Positions 26,001 through 37,248 of a stretch of 64,000 nucleotides of DNA are shown piece by piece; positions within the stretch are counted from its first letter, which is position 1; every line of letters starts with the position of its first letter. The stretch comes from Malacoraja senta (Eukaryota): NCBI GenBank assembly GCA_038087875.1, contig CM075988.1, positions 13,330,001 to 13,394,000 on the forward strand. Reading direction: 5' to 3'. A program made the translations under genes and the position numbers. The notes beneath the pieces were generated by a model, which was given only the letters and a program-made list of their open reading frames with translations, made no database searches and had not been told where the DNA came from.

Positions 26001-27787
26001 GCTACCTTTTATCATCTAATAGTAAAGATAATGACTGTAAGGCTGTGTCAATACCATAAATGGATCTTAGGAGGCTATGGGACAATCCTGCGTCTTTCAA
26101 TTCTGTAGATCTAATTAATGCCCATTAGAAAGTGTTGCTCAAATATACTAAATCCAAGCATGTTCCACTCTTTATAAAATGAATATTTCTGAAATGTAAG
26201 TTAGTTTGGAACTGTAAAAACAAGGTCACACATAGAGAAGGTGCAGAATAAGTAATGCTTCCCAATGGCAGTGGTGTACGAGACCTGATGTTTAAGGTGG
26301 GGAGGGAATAATTCCGAAGCAATATTAGAATTTTTTTTCCATTCACATTGAGGATGGTTGCAAGCTGAATGCATTACCTGAGAAGGGAGGAGGCATGTAC
26401 TGTCAAAACATTTAATAAACATCCGCACAACAACTTGAATTGACGCTGCATAGTAGACTACAGTTCAAGCACTGATAAATGAGATGGTATAGGAAGTTAT
26501 TTAATGGTCAGCATGGACATGGTGGACCAAAGAGCCTGCTCTGTGCTGTATGGCACCCCAACATTAATAATATATGATTAAACTGGTCAGGCATACGACA
26601 TATTACTGATTCTTTGGTGTTATTTTGTAACTTTAATGATTCTTCTTAAAGTGCTTCATGTTATCAAACAAAATATTTCAAAGAGCAATGAGAGATGATA
26701 CGAGTGCAAATGACCAAATGTTTAAATGTGAGGAGCATCTTAAAGGAAGAGACTATAGTGAGCTAGAGAATGTTATGGTTCTATAATGTAGGATCTCACC
26801 AACTGCAAGCATAATGGTTAAGATATGAAAACTGAGGAAGTACAGGATGAAAGGATCAATGCAATAGAAATATATGAGGAGATTATGAAACTGTATGAAA
26901 TTATACATTATGGATATCACAGCTGTAGCTTGTAGTAAGGCGACCAAGGTTGGCACTCCATTACTTTGAAATCATGTCATAGGTTATATATCATTTGCTG
27001 AAATTAATGGTGGCTTCAGTTTAGAATTGTTGCTGATATCAGTTAATGTGCAGATCGAGCCTCTTGGCTGCATTTCACCCTGCAAGGTTTTACTGAATGG
27101 ATTCTTCTGCGATAGTGGGAATACAACTATCCAGCCAATTAATGTCACTGCAGGAATGATAGAGGGTATTGGTAAATAAAAAGCACAAATTTGAAAATGA
27201 TAGAAATATGAAATGCTGGAAATATCACTGGAAAGAGAACTAGGCAGTTTGATGTCTCAGTGTATCCATCATTTAATTCTTAGCGGTAGCCAAATGTTAA
27301 ACAGAACCCAAATCACTAGTTCAATTATCTTCATCTCGGTTGTTGACTGATTTGCTAAAGAACTGGTTAGGCAGTTGTAAGCCCATGAAACATGTAAAGG
27401 TCAATGTAGTATGTCCCAGGCTGCATTATTTTCCATTGGTATGTGCACAACCTTGCACACAGCAACTAGGCAGCAATTACTGGCTGTACCAGCTGAGCTA
27501 AAGGGGTCAGAAGTTATGGGAAGAAGACAGGAGAATGGGGTTAGGAAGGAGAGATAGATCAGCCATGATTGAATGGAGGAATAGACATGATGGGCAGAAT
27601 GCTTAATTCTACTCCTATCACTTATGATCTTATGTTCTAAAGAAACCAATGTTTATTTCAATTGATCCTTCAGTCATGCTGTGATGATTAGATAATACAG
27701 ATATAACATTTAATTTCTTTCTTAGGTATCTTCTACATGTGTGCCCATCGTTTGCATGAGAGCCCACAAAATTCAAACCCACGCTAG
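22915..27787 (+). CDS. LIM2: Lens fiber membrane intrinsic protein (LIM2/MP20, PMP22-claudin family); spliced CDS join(22915..23089,25098..25247,25343..25477,27726..27787), 173 aa
   Basis: Exons of 175+150+135+62 = 522 nt with GT-AG introns splice to one frame: MYSFMGGGLFCAGVGNILLVVSTATDYWMQYR...GLWRYC...C...YWDATRVFMILS...GDWRFSWSYIIGW...GIFYMCAHRLHESPQNSNPR*. Has the W-GLW-C-C claudin-superfamily signature and is colinear with mammalian LIM2. It may be a paralog rather than the 1:1 ortholog. Confidence 0.95.
23180..23392. mobile_element. Fold-back Penelope-derived short element with 16-bp TSD (LIM2 intron)
   Basis: cagtgatttgccaatg at 23164-23179 and 23393-23408; inverted arms. Confidence 0.85.
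23471..23612 (+). mobile_element. Short retroposon with (AAG)n tail and 11-bp TSD
   Basis: gtcatgtgtac at 23460-23470 and 23613-23623; tail aagaagaagaa; internal 10-bp inverted repeat. Confidence 0.7.
24110..24425 (+). mobile_element. Diverged V-SINE
   Basis: B box ggttcgatcc, V-domain and gggccaaatagcctcctcc tail. Confidence 0.6.
25098..25247 (+). CDS. LIM2: LIM2 coding exon 2
   Basis: Acceptor tttttattccag; encodes (A)YWDATRVFMILSLLACFIGIIIGFLAFMQYSSFTKFDRTFAAGILYFIS; donor T|gtaagt. Confidence 0.95.
25343..25477 (+). CDS. LIM2: LIM2 coding exon 3
   Basis: Acceptor ttattcccgcag after a 95-bp intron; encodes LFVLLAMAIYTAVTINSYGKRYGDWRFSWSYIIGWVAVVLTFFA; donor G|gtaaaa. Confidence 0.95.
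27726..27787 (+). CDS. LIM2: LIM2 coding exon 4 (terminal)
   Basis: Acceptor tttctttcttag; encodes (G)IFYMCAHRLHESPQNSNPR then TAG. Confidence 0.93.
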
Positions 27788-28170
27788 CATCCGACACCAC
27801 ACCTTAAGAAATGGAATAACATACAGGACCATCACTTTGCGTCAACTTGCATGTTATGAAGTGGCATTTTCTTTTGATCTCTTTAGAAAACAAGTTAGTG
27901 AAATGTAGGTAGAAATGGAAACAAATTACAGCTGTACTTTCAGGGCTTGGCTGCAGGTTTTTTTTTTTTTTAAATCACTTCATTCGTGAAATAGAGTTAT
28001 AAAAAAGACAAAATATTGTTTTCAAGAACTTTCATTAATGTTGCATGAGTTTTCCACAAGCTAGTAAAATAATGGAACAATGGTAGTATTATATACAAGC
28101 TTACTTTAATATATGGAAAATGATAAATCTGAAACTAAATTGAACTCGGTGCATCCACCTTATTTTATCT

Positions 28171-28176
28171 AATAAA
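28171..28176 (+). promoter_or_regulatory. Candidate LIM2 polyadenylation signal
   Basis: AATAAA about 380 nt after the stop codon. Confidence 0.5.
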
Positions 28177-30820
28177 GTTTCCTTGAACATCGACTGACAT
28201 TAAGCAAACCCAAACTTCTACTGCTTTGTTATTCATTAATGTTTGTTAAGGGAATTATTATTATATTAATTGCAGTCTTTTCAAAGTTGGTAATGCATTG
28301 TGAAGCCCGACATTTATTGCACATTCCTAGTTGCCCTGAAAGTTTGTGTCAAAATGCTTTGACACAAATGAGTGGCTTGCAAGATCACTTCAGACCTTAA
28401 TAGTGTCTGCTGAACTGGAGTCACATAAAGATCAAACCAGGTAAGGAAAGCAGGTTTAATTCCCTGAACAACATAGATAAACTAGTAAGATTTTAACTAC
28501 TTCAATGTCACTTTTAAAGAGCTTGTTTAAAACATAATTTGAATTCGCAGACACCCATGATGTGTCGTGTATTCATGTCAACTGGATTACTTCTCCAGGT
28601 TCTTGATTTACAACGTTCTTTTTCTGCAATATACACACACAAATTAATTATCACACACATGAGATAGTAATGCTTCAAAATTATTTCAAAATACAGGGTT
28701 TAATTTCAAATTTTAGCTGGGCACATTTATTAAGGGAAAAGGCACAATGCGCAAACTTATTTTTCATTAGTTTGCATAATTTAGATTTCAAATGAATCCA
28801 CCTATTGTCCTTTTATTCCAGTTGCACAGTCCCAATTGTGCAGACCAAACCACTTTCCACCACACTGAATTCCAACCATCCACAGTTAATTGAATTTTGA
28901 TGATCCCAACTGCTTACAATCCATCCCCATTATAATGATACCCATGGAGACTAAAGCTCTCGCTATTCTCTTCTGACGTTAAAGCATTGCATTGGACTAA
29001 ACCATTCACAGTGAATAGTATCCAAATCTAAGCACAACATTTTCTATGATCATCACAAAGTTAGTACTCAGCATATTCATCGCCACACTGTTTTGTAAAA
29101 CCCAAGAGTTCGTGTGAACCAGTTTTTATAAAGGCTGAACAAATGACAGAGTTGTTATTAAAATAAAATCACCAAAGAAAGCTAGCCTGTTTCTTAAATA
29201 TGTTAGGTTCTACAGGCTGGCTGCAGAAAAAGCTTTCAGAAATCCTTCCAGTATTGTGCCAGAGTAAGTTTCTAAAAGCATGAGGATCAATACTCTGAAA
29301 TACCCATTAGGGAACAAAAATAGCTCATCAAAGAGCAAAGGGTAACCAAATCTAACCAGCTCCCCAGGGACAACTTTAATATACTTCTCTACAATGCTAT
29401 CGCTGAAAGGTTATCAGTGTCTCAGTATAAATTGTGAAGTTATTTGTTAAAGTATATTGGACACTGAAAATTCTTATGTTGTTCACTGGAACCCTCTGAT
29501 GCTAACATATTATTATTATTCACAACTACATTTATCATTGTCTCTTATATTGATTTAGATTGTGCTGATTCCTCAAAGTTTCAGTTAACATCAGCATGCT
29601 CACTAACAACCTGATGATGGGGCTCACTTTCTCTTGCTCGGTGAAGATTACAAGGGGCAAGTTCAAGTCATGATATCGTTGGAACATTCCAGGTTTCTTG
29701 AATTAGCCAGTAATATACGGTAGTACCAATTTCAAAGGACATCATTAAACTTAATCAGACTGGTTTAGATGATGAAATAGAAACAGAAATAGGTAGCCAC
29801 TATTTATAAACCTCTGGGCAAAGATTTTTAAAAAAACAATACACTTGTTCTGCAGATGAGTGAAATATGGATTAATATGTCAGCAAAGAGAATTGCCGAC
29901 GGCTTTTTTTTTTAACACACACAGTGGTTATCATTTGGGATTTGCTTTCAACGCACTAGTTCTGCAACTCATTTCTTTGTCATGAAGAAAACTCAGATGT
30001 TATAACAAAAGATTTTGAAAAAAACTAAAACAATTGTACATTCTCTGAGTTTTTCCAAAAAATAACTGACTGATAATATGATTATCCAAAACTTGGTGTG
30101 AAAATACATCAAATAGATTTTGCCCCTTTATAGCAGTGTTATTTCTTGCTTGCAAAATACTCAAATGCTATTCAAACTTATGAAGTTGATTTATGGCTGC
30201 ATGTTATCTCAAATATCACTGTACCTTAATTGGTACATGTGACAATAAATCTGAATCTGAATCTGAACTGAATCTGAAATGATTCTTTTTAAATGGGTGA
30301 TAGCGCCCTCAAGCATAATCAATGTGACATTACAACACTGGCCATTGTTATAGAAACATTTCTTCACTTTAAAAAAAATGTGGCTACATGGCATTGAAGA
30401 AAGTGATAGCAAAGCCAGATGTTTTAAATAACGGGCCCAATATTTCCCAAATGTGAAGAAAAATTAGGAGTGATTTTTTTTCTGGCATTCCATAATACAG
30501 CATAAGAAATTTAAAATTAATCCTTTGAAAAATACATGCGAGGAAATATTGGAATGGTTATGGTGCCAAAATTATGAATGTTTTTTTGCAACATTTTTCC
30601 TTTAAAGATAGTTCTCATAAAAATATGATCTGAACTTCAAAGATCACTATTCGCCAATTGGTCAATAAATATATTGATGGTGAAGTTATGCTTGTGTATA
30701 TTTTGTTTAATTAATGAGGAATACTTTGTACAAGTACAAGCCAAACACTTGACACGTAATTCTTCCAAAGCTACTACAGAAGACATCGTAAGTGAAGGAT
30801 GCAAAGGGTAACAAGCGTGA

Positions 30821-30898
30821 CAATGCAGCCTCGTGACACCCAGGAGATGTAGCCTTGTGACACCCAGGAGACAATGTAGCCTCGTGACACCCAGGAGA
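30821..30898 (+). repeat. Three-copy tandem repeat (27/24/27 bp)
   Basis: (caa)tgYagcctYgtgacacccaggaga x3. Confidence 0.9.
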
Positions 30899-31734
30899 TC
30901 GTGGAGAATCCCCTCGACTCCGAATGTTAATCTGATCAATGCAATTCCTCAACAAGACTATTGTCTTCAACAGGCTTCCTTGCTGGCAACATGTCTAAGG
31001 ATTGAACTTCCTCAATGCCTCAGTGAGTTTTCCAGCAAGAAGTTGGGACGAACAAAATGAAAACAATGAAGCAAATTTGGGCTTGGATTTGCATCACAAC
31101 TATCATGCCTTTGTATGGATGAATCCAAGTAGTTTACAGCCAATTATGCATATTTTGAAGTGTAGAAACATAGGCACTAGATTTACATAGCAAGCTTCCA
31201 CCTTCTGCAACATGACAAGCACTAGAAGGTCTGTTTTTGACTGATACTTGTTGAAGGATAATGTTATGGATATTTTATGTTCAGCTGAAAAAGTAAATGA
31301 GGTTCGGGTTTAAAACTTCATCTCAGGGGCTGTTTCCCTGACATGTATCATGTCCCCAATACTGCACCAATAAGCTAGCCTAGATGTGTGTATACAGTAT
31401 GATTTGAATCCAATTGACAAGTGGCAATTCAAGAACTAAAAGGATTCCAACTGATCCAGAGCTGGAACAAATACATTAGAAGTGTTGGAAGGGGGTGAGT
31501 GAGGGATAGGGAGGGAAGTTGGGGTTGGGGTGGAGGGAGGTTGAGTAATGTATATGAAAAGAAGCCAGGGCTGCATGGGGGAGTCGGGGGAGGAAGGGTG
31601 GTGAGTGAGATATAGGGAGAGGCATTGGGTTTGAGGAGGAGAAGGGTGATGGAGACTGCCTTTGGAAATAGGTGTCAGAAAGCAGGAAAGGGAAAGTGGA
31701 TAAAGGACCAATTCAAAACAGGACATAAAAATAG

Positions 31735-31866
31735 TGTAGGAATGAACTGCAGATGTTGGTTTAAATCAAAGGTAAGACACAAAATGCTGGAGTAACTCAG
31801 CGGGACAGGCAGCATCTCTGGAGAGAAGGAATGGGTGACTTTTCGGGTCGAGATCCTTCTTCAGTC
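31735..31866 (-). mobile_element. Penelope-derived terminal repeat
   Basis: ctgcagatgttggtttaaa...gacacaaaatgctggagtaactcagcgggacaggcagc...cttcttcag. Confidence 0.8.
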
Positions 31867-32164
31867 TGAAGGATCCCATTTGTATTCATAATGTCCATGG
31901 ATCAGAGCATAAAACTGCAAATAATATAATCACGGTACCACACAGAGAACTGCAATGTGAGACAGATTTGGAAATGTTATACAGATTTAGTCATGGCTGC
32001 CTCTCCTAGGCTAAACTACTTTGATAGTTCATTTTAATTACCTAGTCAAAGATATCCCACAAATGGTGAAAGGATCCACACTGCTACTGTCATTGAATAT
32101 TAAGGGGAAATAACTGGGTTGTCAACTGATGGAAATGGTCATTCTCAGGCACTATGTGAACTTG

Positions 32165-32610
32165 GCCTAGACCACCACGAAAAACAGCTTCCCTTCCATT
32201 GACCATCTACACTTCACGCTGCCTGGATAAGGCCACCAGCATAATCAAGGATGGGTCTGACCCCAGTCACTCCATCTTTTCCCTTCTCCCATCAAGCAAG
32301 AGTTACAAAAGTTTGAAAATGCATACAGGGACATTTTCTTCCCAGCTGTTATCAGGCAACTGAAACATCCTATCACCAACTAGAGAGCAGTCCTGACCTA
32401 ACATCTACCGCATTGGAGACCCTCAGACTATCTTTAATCAGACTCTGCCGAACTTTATCTTGCACTAAACGTTATTCCCTTTAACCTGTATTAGTACACT
32501 ATGGACGGCTTGATTGTAATCATGTATAATCTTTTTGCTGACTGGATAGCACACAAAAAAACTTGTCACTGTACTTCAGTACACATGACATTAATAAGCT
32601 GAACTAAAAC
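32165..32610 (+). mobile_element. Rex1/L2-type LINE 3' end
   Basis: Decayed IIKD.S.P.HS.FSLLPSS.RY.SL-type C-terminus followed by the cactgtac...acacatgaca...aataa 3' signature. Confidence 0.6.
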
Positions 32611-32862
32611 TATGTGGTGTGAACATTATGCTGATTACAAAAGCATACCCGAGTGCAAACCAGGTGTTCCTATGTGCTGACAGAACTACTTGGATATCCG
32701 AGTTCCACTGGTGGGAAAGTCTAGCACCAGAGATCATAGCCTCTGAATTAAAGGGCGCTCTTTTGGAAAGGAGGTGAGGAGGAACTTCTTTAGTCAGAAG
32801 GTAAATAACCTGTGGAACTCATTGCCACAGAGGGCTGTGGAGGCAAAGTCAGTGGATATTTT

Positions 32863-34966
32863 AAGTCAAGTCAACTTTATTTGTCACATACACATACAAG
32901 ATGTGCAGTGAAATGAAAGTGGCAATGCCTGCGGATTGTGCAAAAACTACAGGATACAACAGAATCAGTATTTACATGTTAGAAAATATATATATTTTTT
33001 TAAAGACACAACACAACAGTAAATTAGTCCCTGGTGAGATAAGAGTCTACAGTCCTGATGGCCTGTGGGAAGAAACTCCGTCTGATCCTCTCTGTTTTCA
33101 CAGCATGACAGCGGAGGTGTTTGCCTGACCTGGATCTGCACCTCCTGGTGTATAGGCCCTGCAGGGGGGGGGGGGGGGGGGCGAGTGTAGTTCCCATGGT
33201 GCGTTCGGCCGAACGCACTACTCTTTGCAGAGCCTTCCTGTCCTGGGCAGAGCTGTTCCCAAACCAGATTGTGATGTTGCCGGACAAGATGATTTCTACA
33301 GACCCAGAGTAGAAGCACTGAAGGATCCTCAGAGAGACTCTGAATTTCCTCATCTGCCTGAGGTGGTAAAGGCGCTGCCTTGCCTTACTCACCAGTGTGT
33401 TGTCCATGTCAGATCCTCCGTGATGTGGACACCCAAGTATTTAAAGCAGCTCACCCTACCCACAGTAGCCCCATTTATCTCCAGTGGCGTGTACGTCCTC
33501 GGATGTTGTGCCCTTCTAAAGTCCACGATCAGCTCCTTAGTTTTTGTGACATTCAAGAGGAGGCTGTTGTCCTGACACCAGAGTGCCAGATCAGCCACCT
33601 CCTCCCGGTAGGCCTTCTCATCATTATCGGAGATCAGGCCCACTACCACAGTGTCATCAGCAAACTTAATGATGGAGTTGGAGCTGAACCTGGCCACACA
33701 GTCATGTGTGTACAGGGAGTACAGTAGGGAGCTAAGGACACAACCCTGGGGAGGATCCTGTGTTCAGGGTGAGGGGGTTGGATGCATGTCTCCCCATCTT
33801 GACCACCTGGGGTCTGGCGGTGAGAAAGTCCAGGACCCAGGCACACAGGGGAGTGTTAAGCCCCAGTTTCAGCAGCTTCTCAGCAAGTCTGGCGGAAACT
33901 ATCGTATTGAAAGCTGAACTGAAGTCAATGAACAGCATCCTCACATAGCCCCCCTTCTGGCTGTCAAGGTGAGAGAGAGTGGTGTGCAGAACCTGGGAGA
34001 CCGCATCATCCGTGGATCTGTTCAGACGGTATGCGAACTGCAGCGGGTCCATGTTGTGAGGGAGGAAGGCGTAGATGTGGTTCTTGATCAGCCTCTCGAA
34101 GCATTTCATGACCACCAAGGTGAGGGCCACCGGTCGGTAGTCATTCAAGCAAGCTGGAGAGGCATTCTTTGGCACTGGTACAATGGTGGATCTTTTGAAG
34201 CAGGCAGGGAACACGGATTTGGCCAGGGAGAGGTTGAATATTGTGGTGAGCACTGGAGCAAGCTGAGTAGCACAAGACTTTCGTACTCACCCAGATACAC
34301 CATCTAGGCCTACAGCTTTCCTTGTGTTCACACGCGTCAGAGCCCTCCTCACTTCATGCTCAGACACTGAGAATGTGTGCACATCCCCAGCGGTGGATCT
34401 CCCTCCAGCATCGCCAGCCAGCGCGCTGGCGGTGTTGTTTTTTAGACGGCGAGCTAGGGGTGATGTTGCCCGTCTCAAATCGTGCATAGAAAGAGTTCAG
34501 GTCATCAGCTAGGGAGGTGCCGGCAATTACGGTTGAGGGGGGGCTGCTCCGATAGTTAGATATAGTCCGTAGCCCCTGCCAAGGGCGTCTGGTGTCCTGC
34601 TGCTCCATCTGCGACTCCATCCTGTCCTTGTACCGGGCCGGAGTTGTAAGCAGCGGTGCGAGCATTCAAGGCAACGCGAATGGACCTGTTCACCCAGGAT
34701 TTTTGATTAGGAAAGATGCTAACCCTTACCGTAGGGATGATGTTATCGGCTATTGTTGCAATGAAGTCCGTGACCACTTCGGCGAACTCACTGACGTCTC
34801 TGGAACTTGCATGGAACATATTGCAGTCTACATCGCTCAGTGCATCTTGCAGCATGGCCTCTGAATGGTCAGACCACCACTTTACGTCCGTCGTCACTGC
34901 CGCTTCCCGTACTATCTGTTGTTTATACTCCGGCAGCAGGAAAATGGCAGCGTGGTCATATTTTCC
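32863..34966 (-). mobile_element. Rex1/Babar LINE, 5'-truncated, nested in a CR1 3' fragment (32690-32862 and 34967-35110)
   Basis: RT motifs [67 protein letters not shown] across frameshifted ORFs; (tcaag)n tail at about 32866. Confidence 0.9.
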
Positions 34967-37015
34967 AAAAGGAGAGAGAAAATTCATGATTAGAACGGGG
35001 GTCAAGGGTTATGAGGAGAAGGCAGGAAAATGGAAGGCAGAGATCAGCCATGATTGAATTGCAGAGTAGAGTCGATGGGCCGAATGGCCTAATTCTACTC
35101 CTATAACTTGTGAGTTGCGAATGGAATTGGGTTCTCTGGCCACTTTTCATTCTATGGTGGATGGAACGTCATTGATGACAAGCTGAAAATGGCTGAATCT
35201 TGGTCACTGTCCTAAATAATTCCTGCTGCAGTGCCCTGAAGCTGAAATAATTGCGTTCCAGCAACCATAAACAACTTTATTTGGGCAAATAAATGGTATT
35301 GACCAACAATCCAAAATGCTGAAGACCAGAACTAAAAACATCCCTTGTAAATGCACGGAGAACAAATCATATCCTGCAGTCAGACAGTAGCTTTGTATGT
35401 CCACAAGATTGTTGAAGACATTTAAATACTGAATCAATCTGTCAATAGGTAAACCAATATAATCTCATGGGTAGAATTTATTGTTCACAAAATATTGAAA
35501 AATTAAATGGAATTCAGATGATTTATATTGGATTACTTTGACAATAGATTGGCAATCGGGTTCAATTTCCACTGAGAGCAGATTTAAAATTTAATTGGGA
35601 GTCTAGTAATGAGTAAATGTTGAAACAAATGACAAATGGGCAATTTATGAATCAATCTTCTCAAAGAAAGAAAATAAGCTTTGTTACCAATAAGAATCAC
35701 TTATGTTCTGGAAAAATGGATTTAAACAGAGGACAATATAATAAACCTGTATTGTTTGGATTCGGCAGTCAGAAGTAGTGAAGGCATTTAACATAACAAT
35801 GATACAAGGTACAGATATTTAAAGCAACAGAGATGACATTTAAAATAATATAGGTGAATGTATTTGAAGGGAAAATATTCAGTTGTTTCATCTGAATCTT
35901 CAAGGTTGTACTGTGTCCCTCAGAGCCACATTGGGAGCACAGACACAAAAACACAGAAACCCTTTCACTAATCTGTGTCAAATTATTTTTTTGTAATGTT
36001 GGTGATGAGAAATTCTGATAACAATTTTCAACAGCAACAGTGAATAATTTTGGACAATATATTTCCATGTGTTTCTGATTGAGAAATGTGGTCAGTGATT
36101 TGCTTAGTTAATGTATATCTGCATTGCTTTGTTGGTGATCTGATCAATAAATGTCACTGCTCTACAATTAATGATGAATCATTTGCTTTAAAAAAAAATG
36201 TCCTTATCATTTTCATCCTTCCTCTTGTGTTCTTGCAGATGTCGAGTAGTCTACCCGAAACCCCAAGAGCTTCATTTGCCACTTGATCCAATCTGAAAAC
36301 CCCTGTACTTGGAGTAAAGTTTAATGACACAAAACCCCTCGGCACACATCTTGGTTGTGGATGTGGTCTTGGTGTGCTTTGCACTGCGGTCTGATTTGTA
36401 GCAGCGTCACAACAGGGAACATTAGGCCAGCTTTGTTTCTTCCTTAATCCAATACTTGCTAACTCTGCTTTTCTATTCATTAATGGAGAACAGCTCCGAG
36501 CGCCTAGCCCGCTGAGTTACTCCAGCATTTTGAGCCTATCTTCGATTTAAACCAGCATCTGCAGTTCTTTCCTACGCATTTTGTCTGCTCCATTGCGAAA
36601 TCTCCTCAAGGTTTGTCTACTTTGAAGAAGTTCTCCTCCTCTCTCCGAAGTTCAGGAGTCTGAAGAAGTCTCGACCCGAAACGTCACCCGTTCCTTCTCT
36701 CCAGAGATGATGCCTGCCCCGCCGAGTTACTCCAGCATTTTGTGTCTATCTTCACACACACACACACAAGGTCTTGCAAACTAGCCTTCACTGCAGATGT
36801 TGTAGCCCTTTTAGAGCCTGTGCTGGTCTTATTGCCAGTGGACCACGCCATTGCTTCGAAACAATGGAGAATACCTGTGATATCTCCAGAAATATATTTA
36901 ATTTTGGCTGCACCAGTGTAGATGTGTGAGCCTGTCACAACCTCGGCTGGTGCCAAAGCTTAAGTCAGCCAAATTCTTCTCTAATATAGGTATCGTTGTA
37001 ATATAGGAAATAATT

Positions 37016-37248
37016 AGTTTAGTTTAGACACACAGCGCGGACCACCCCGACCAGCGATCCCCGCACATTAACACGGGACAATTTCTACATTTATATAATT
37101 ATACCAAGCCAATTAACCGACAAACCTGTACGTCTCTGGAGTGTGGGAGGAAACCGAAGGAAATTTCGGGAAGACCGTACAAACTCCGTACAGACAGCAC
37201 CCTTAGTCGGGATCGAACCTGGATCTCTGGCGCTGTAGGCAGTAGCTC
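37016..37248 (-). mobile_element. V-SINE (HE1-like)
   Basis: Same family as the 8976-9255 element. Confidence 0.8.

Noticed and set aside
30821-30898. Repeat units of CRISPR-like length
   Set aside because: Units abut with no unique spacers, there are no cas genes, and the context is eukaryotic.
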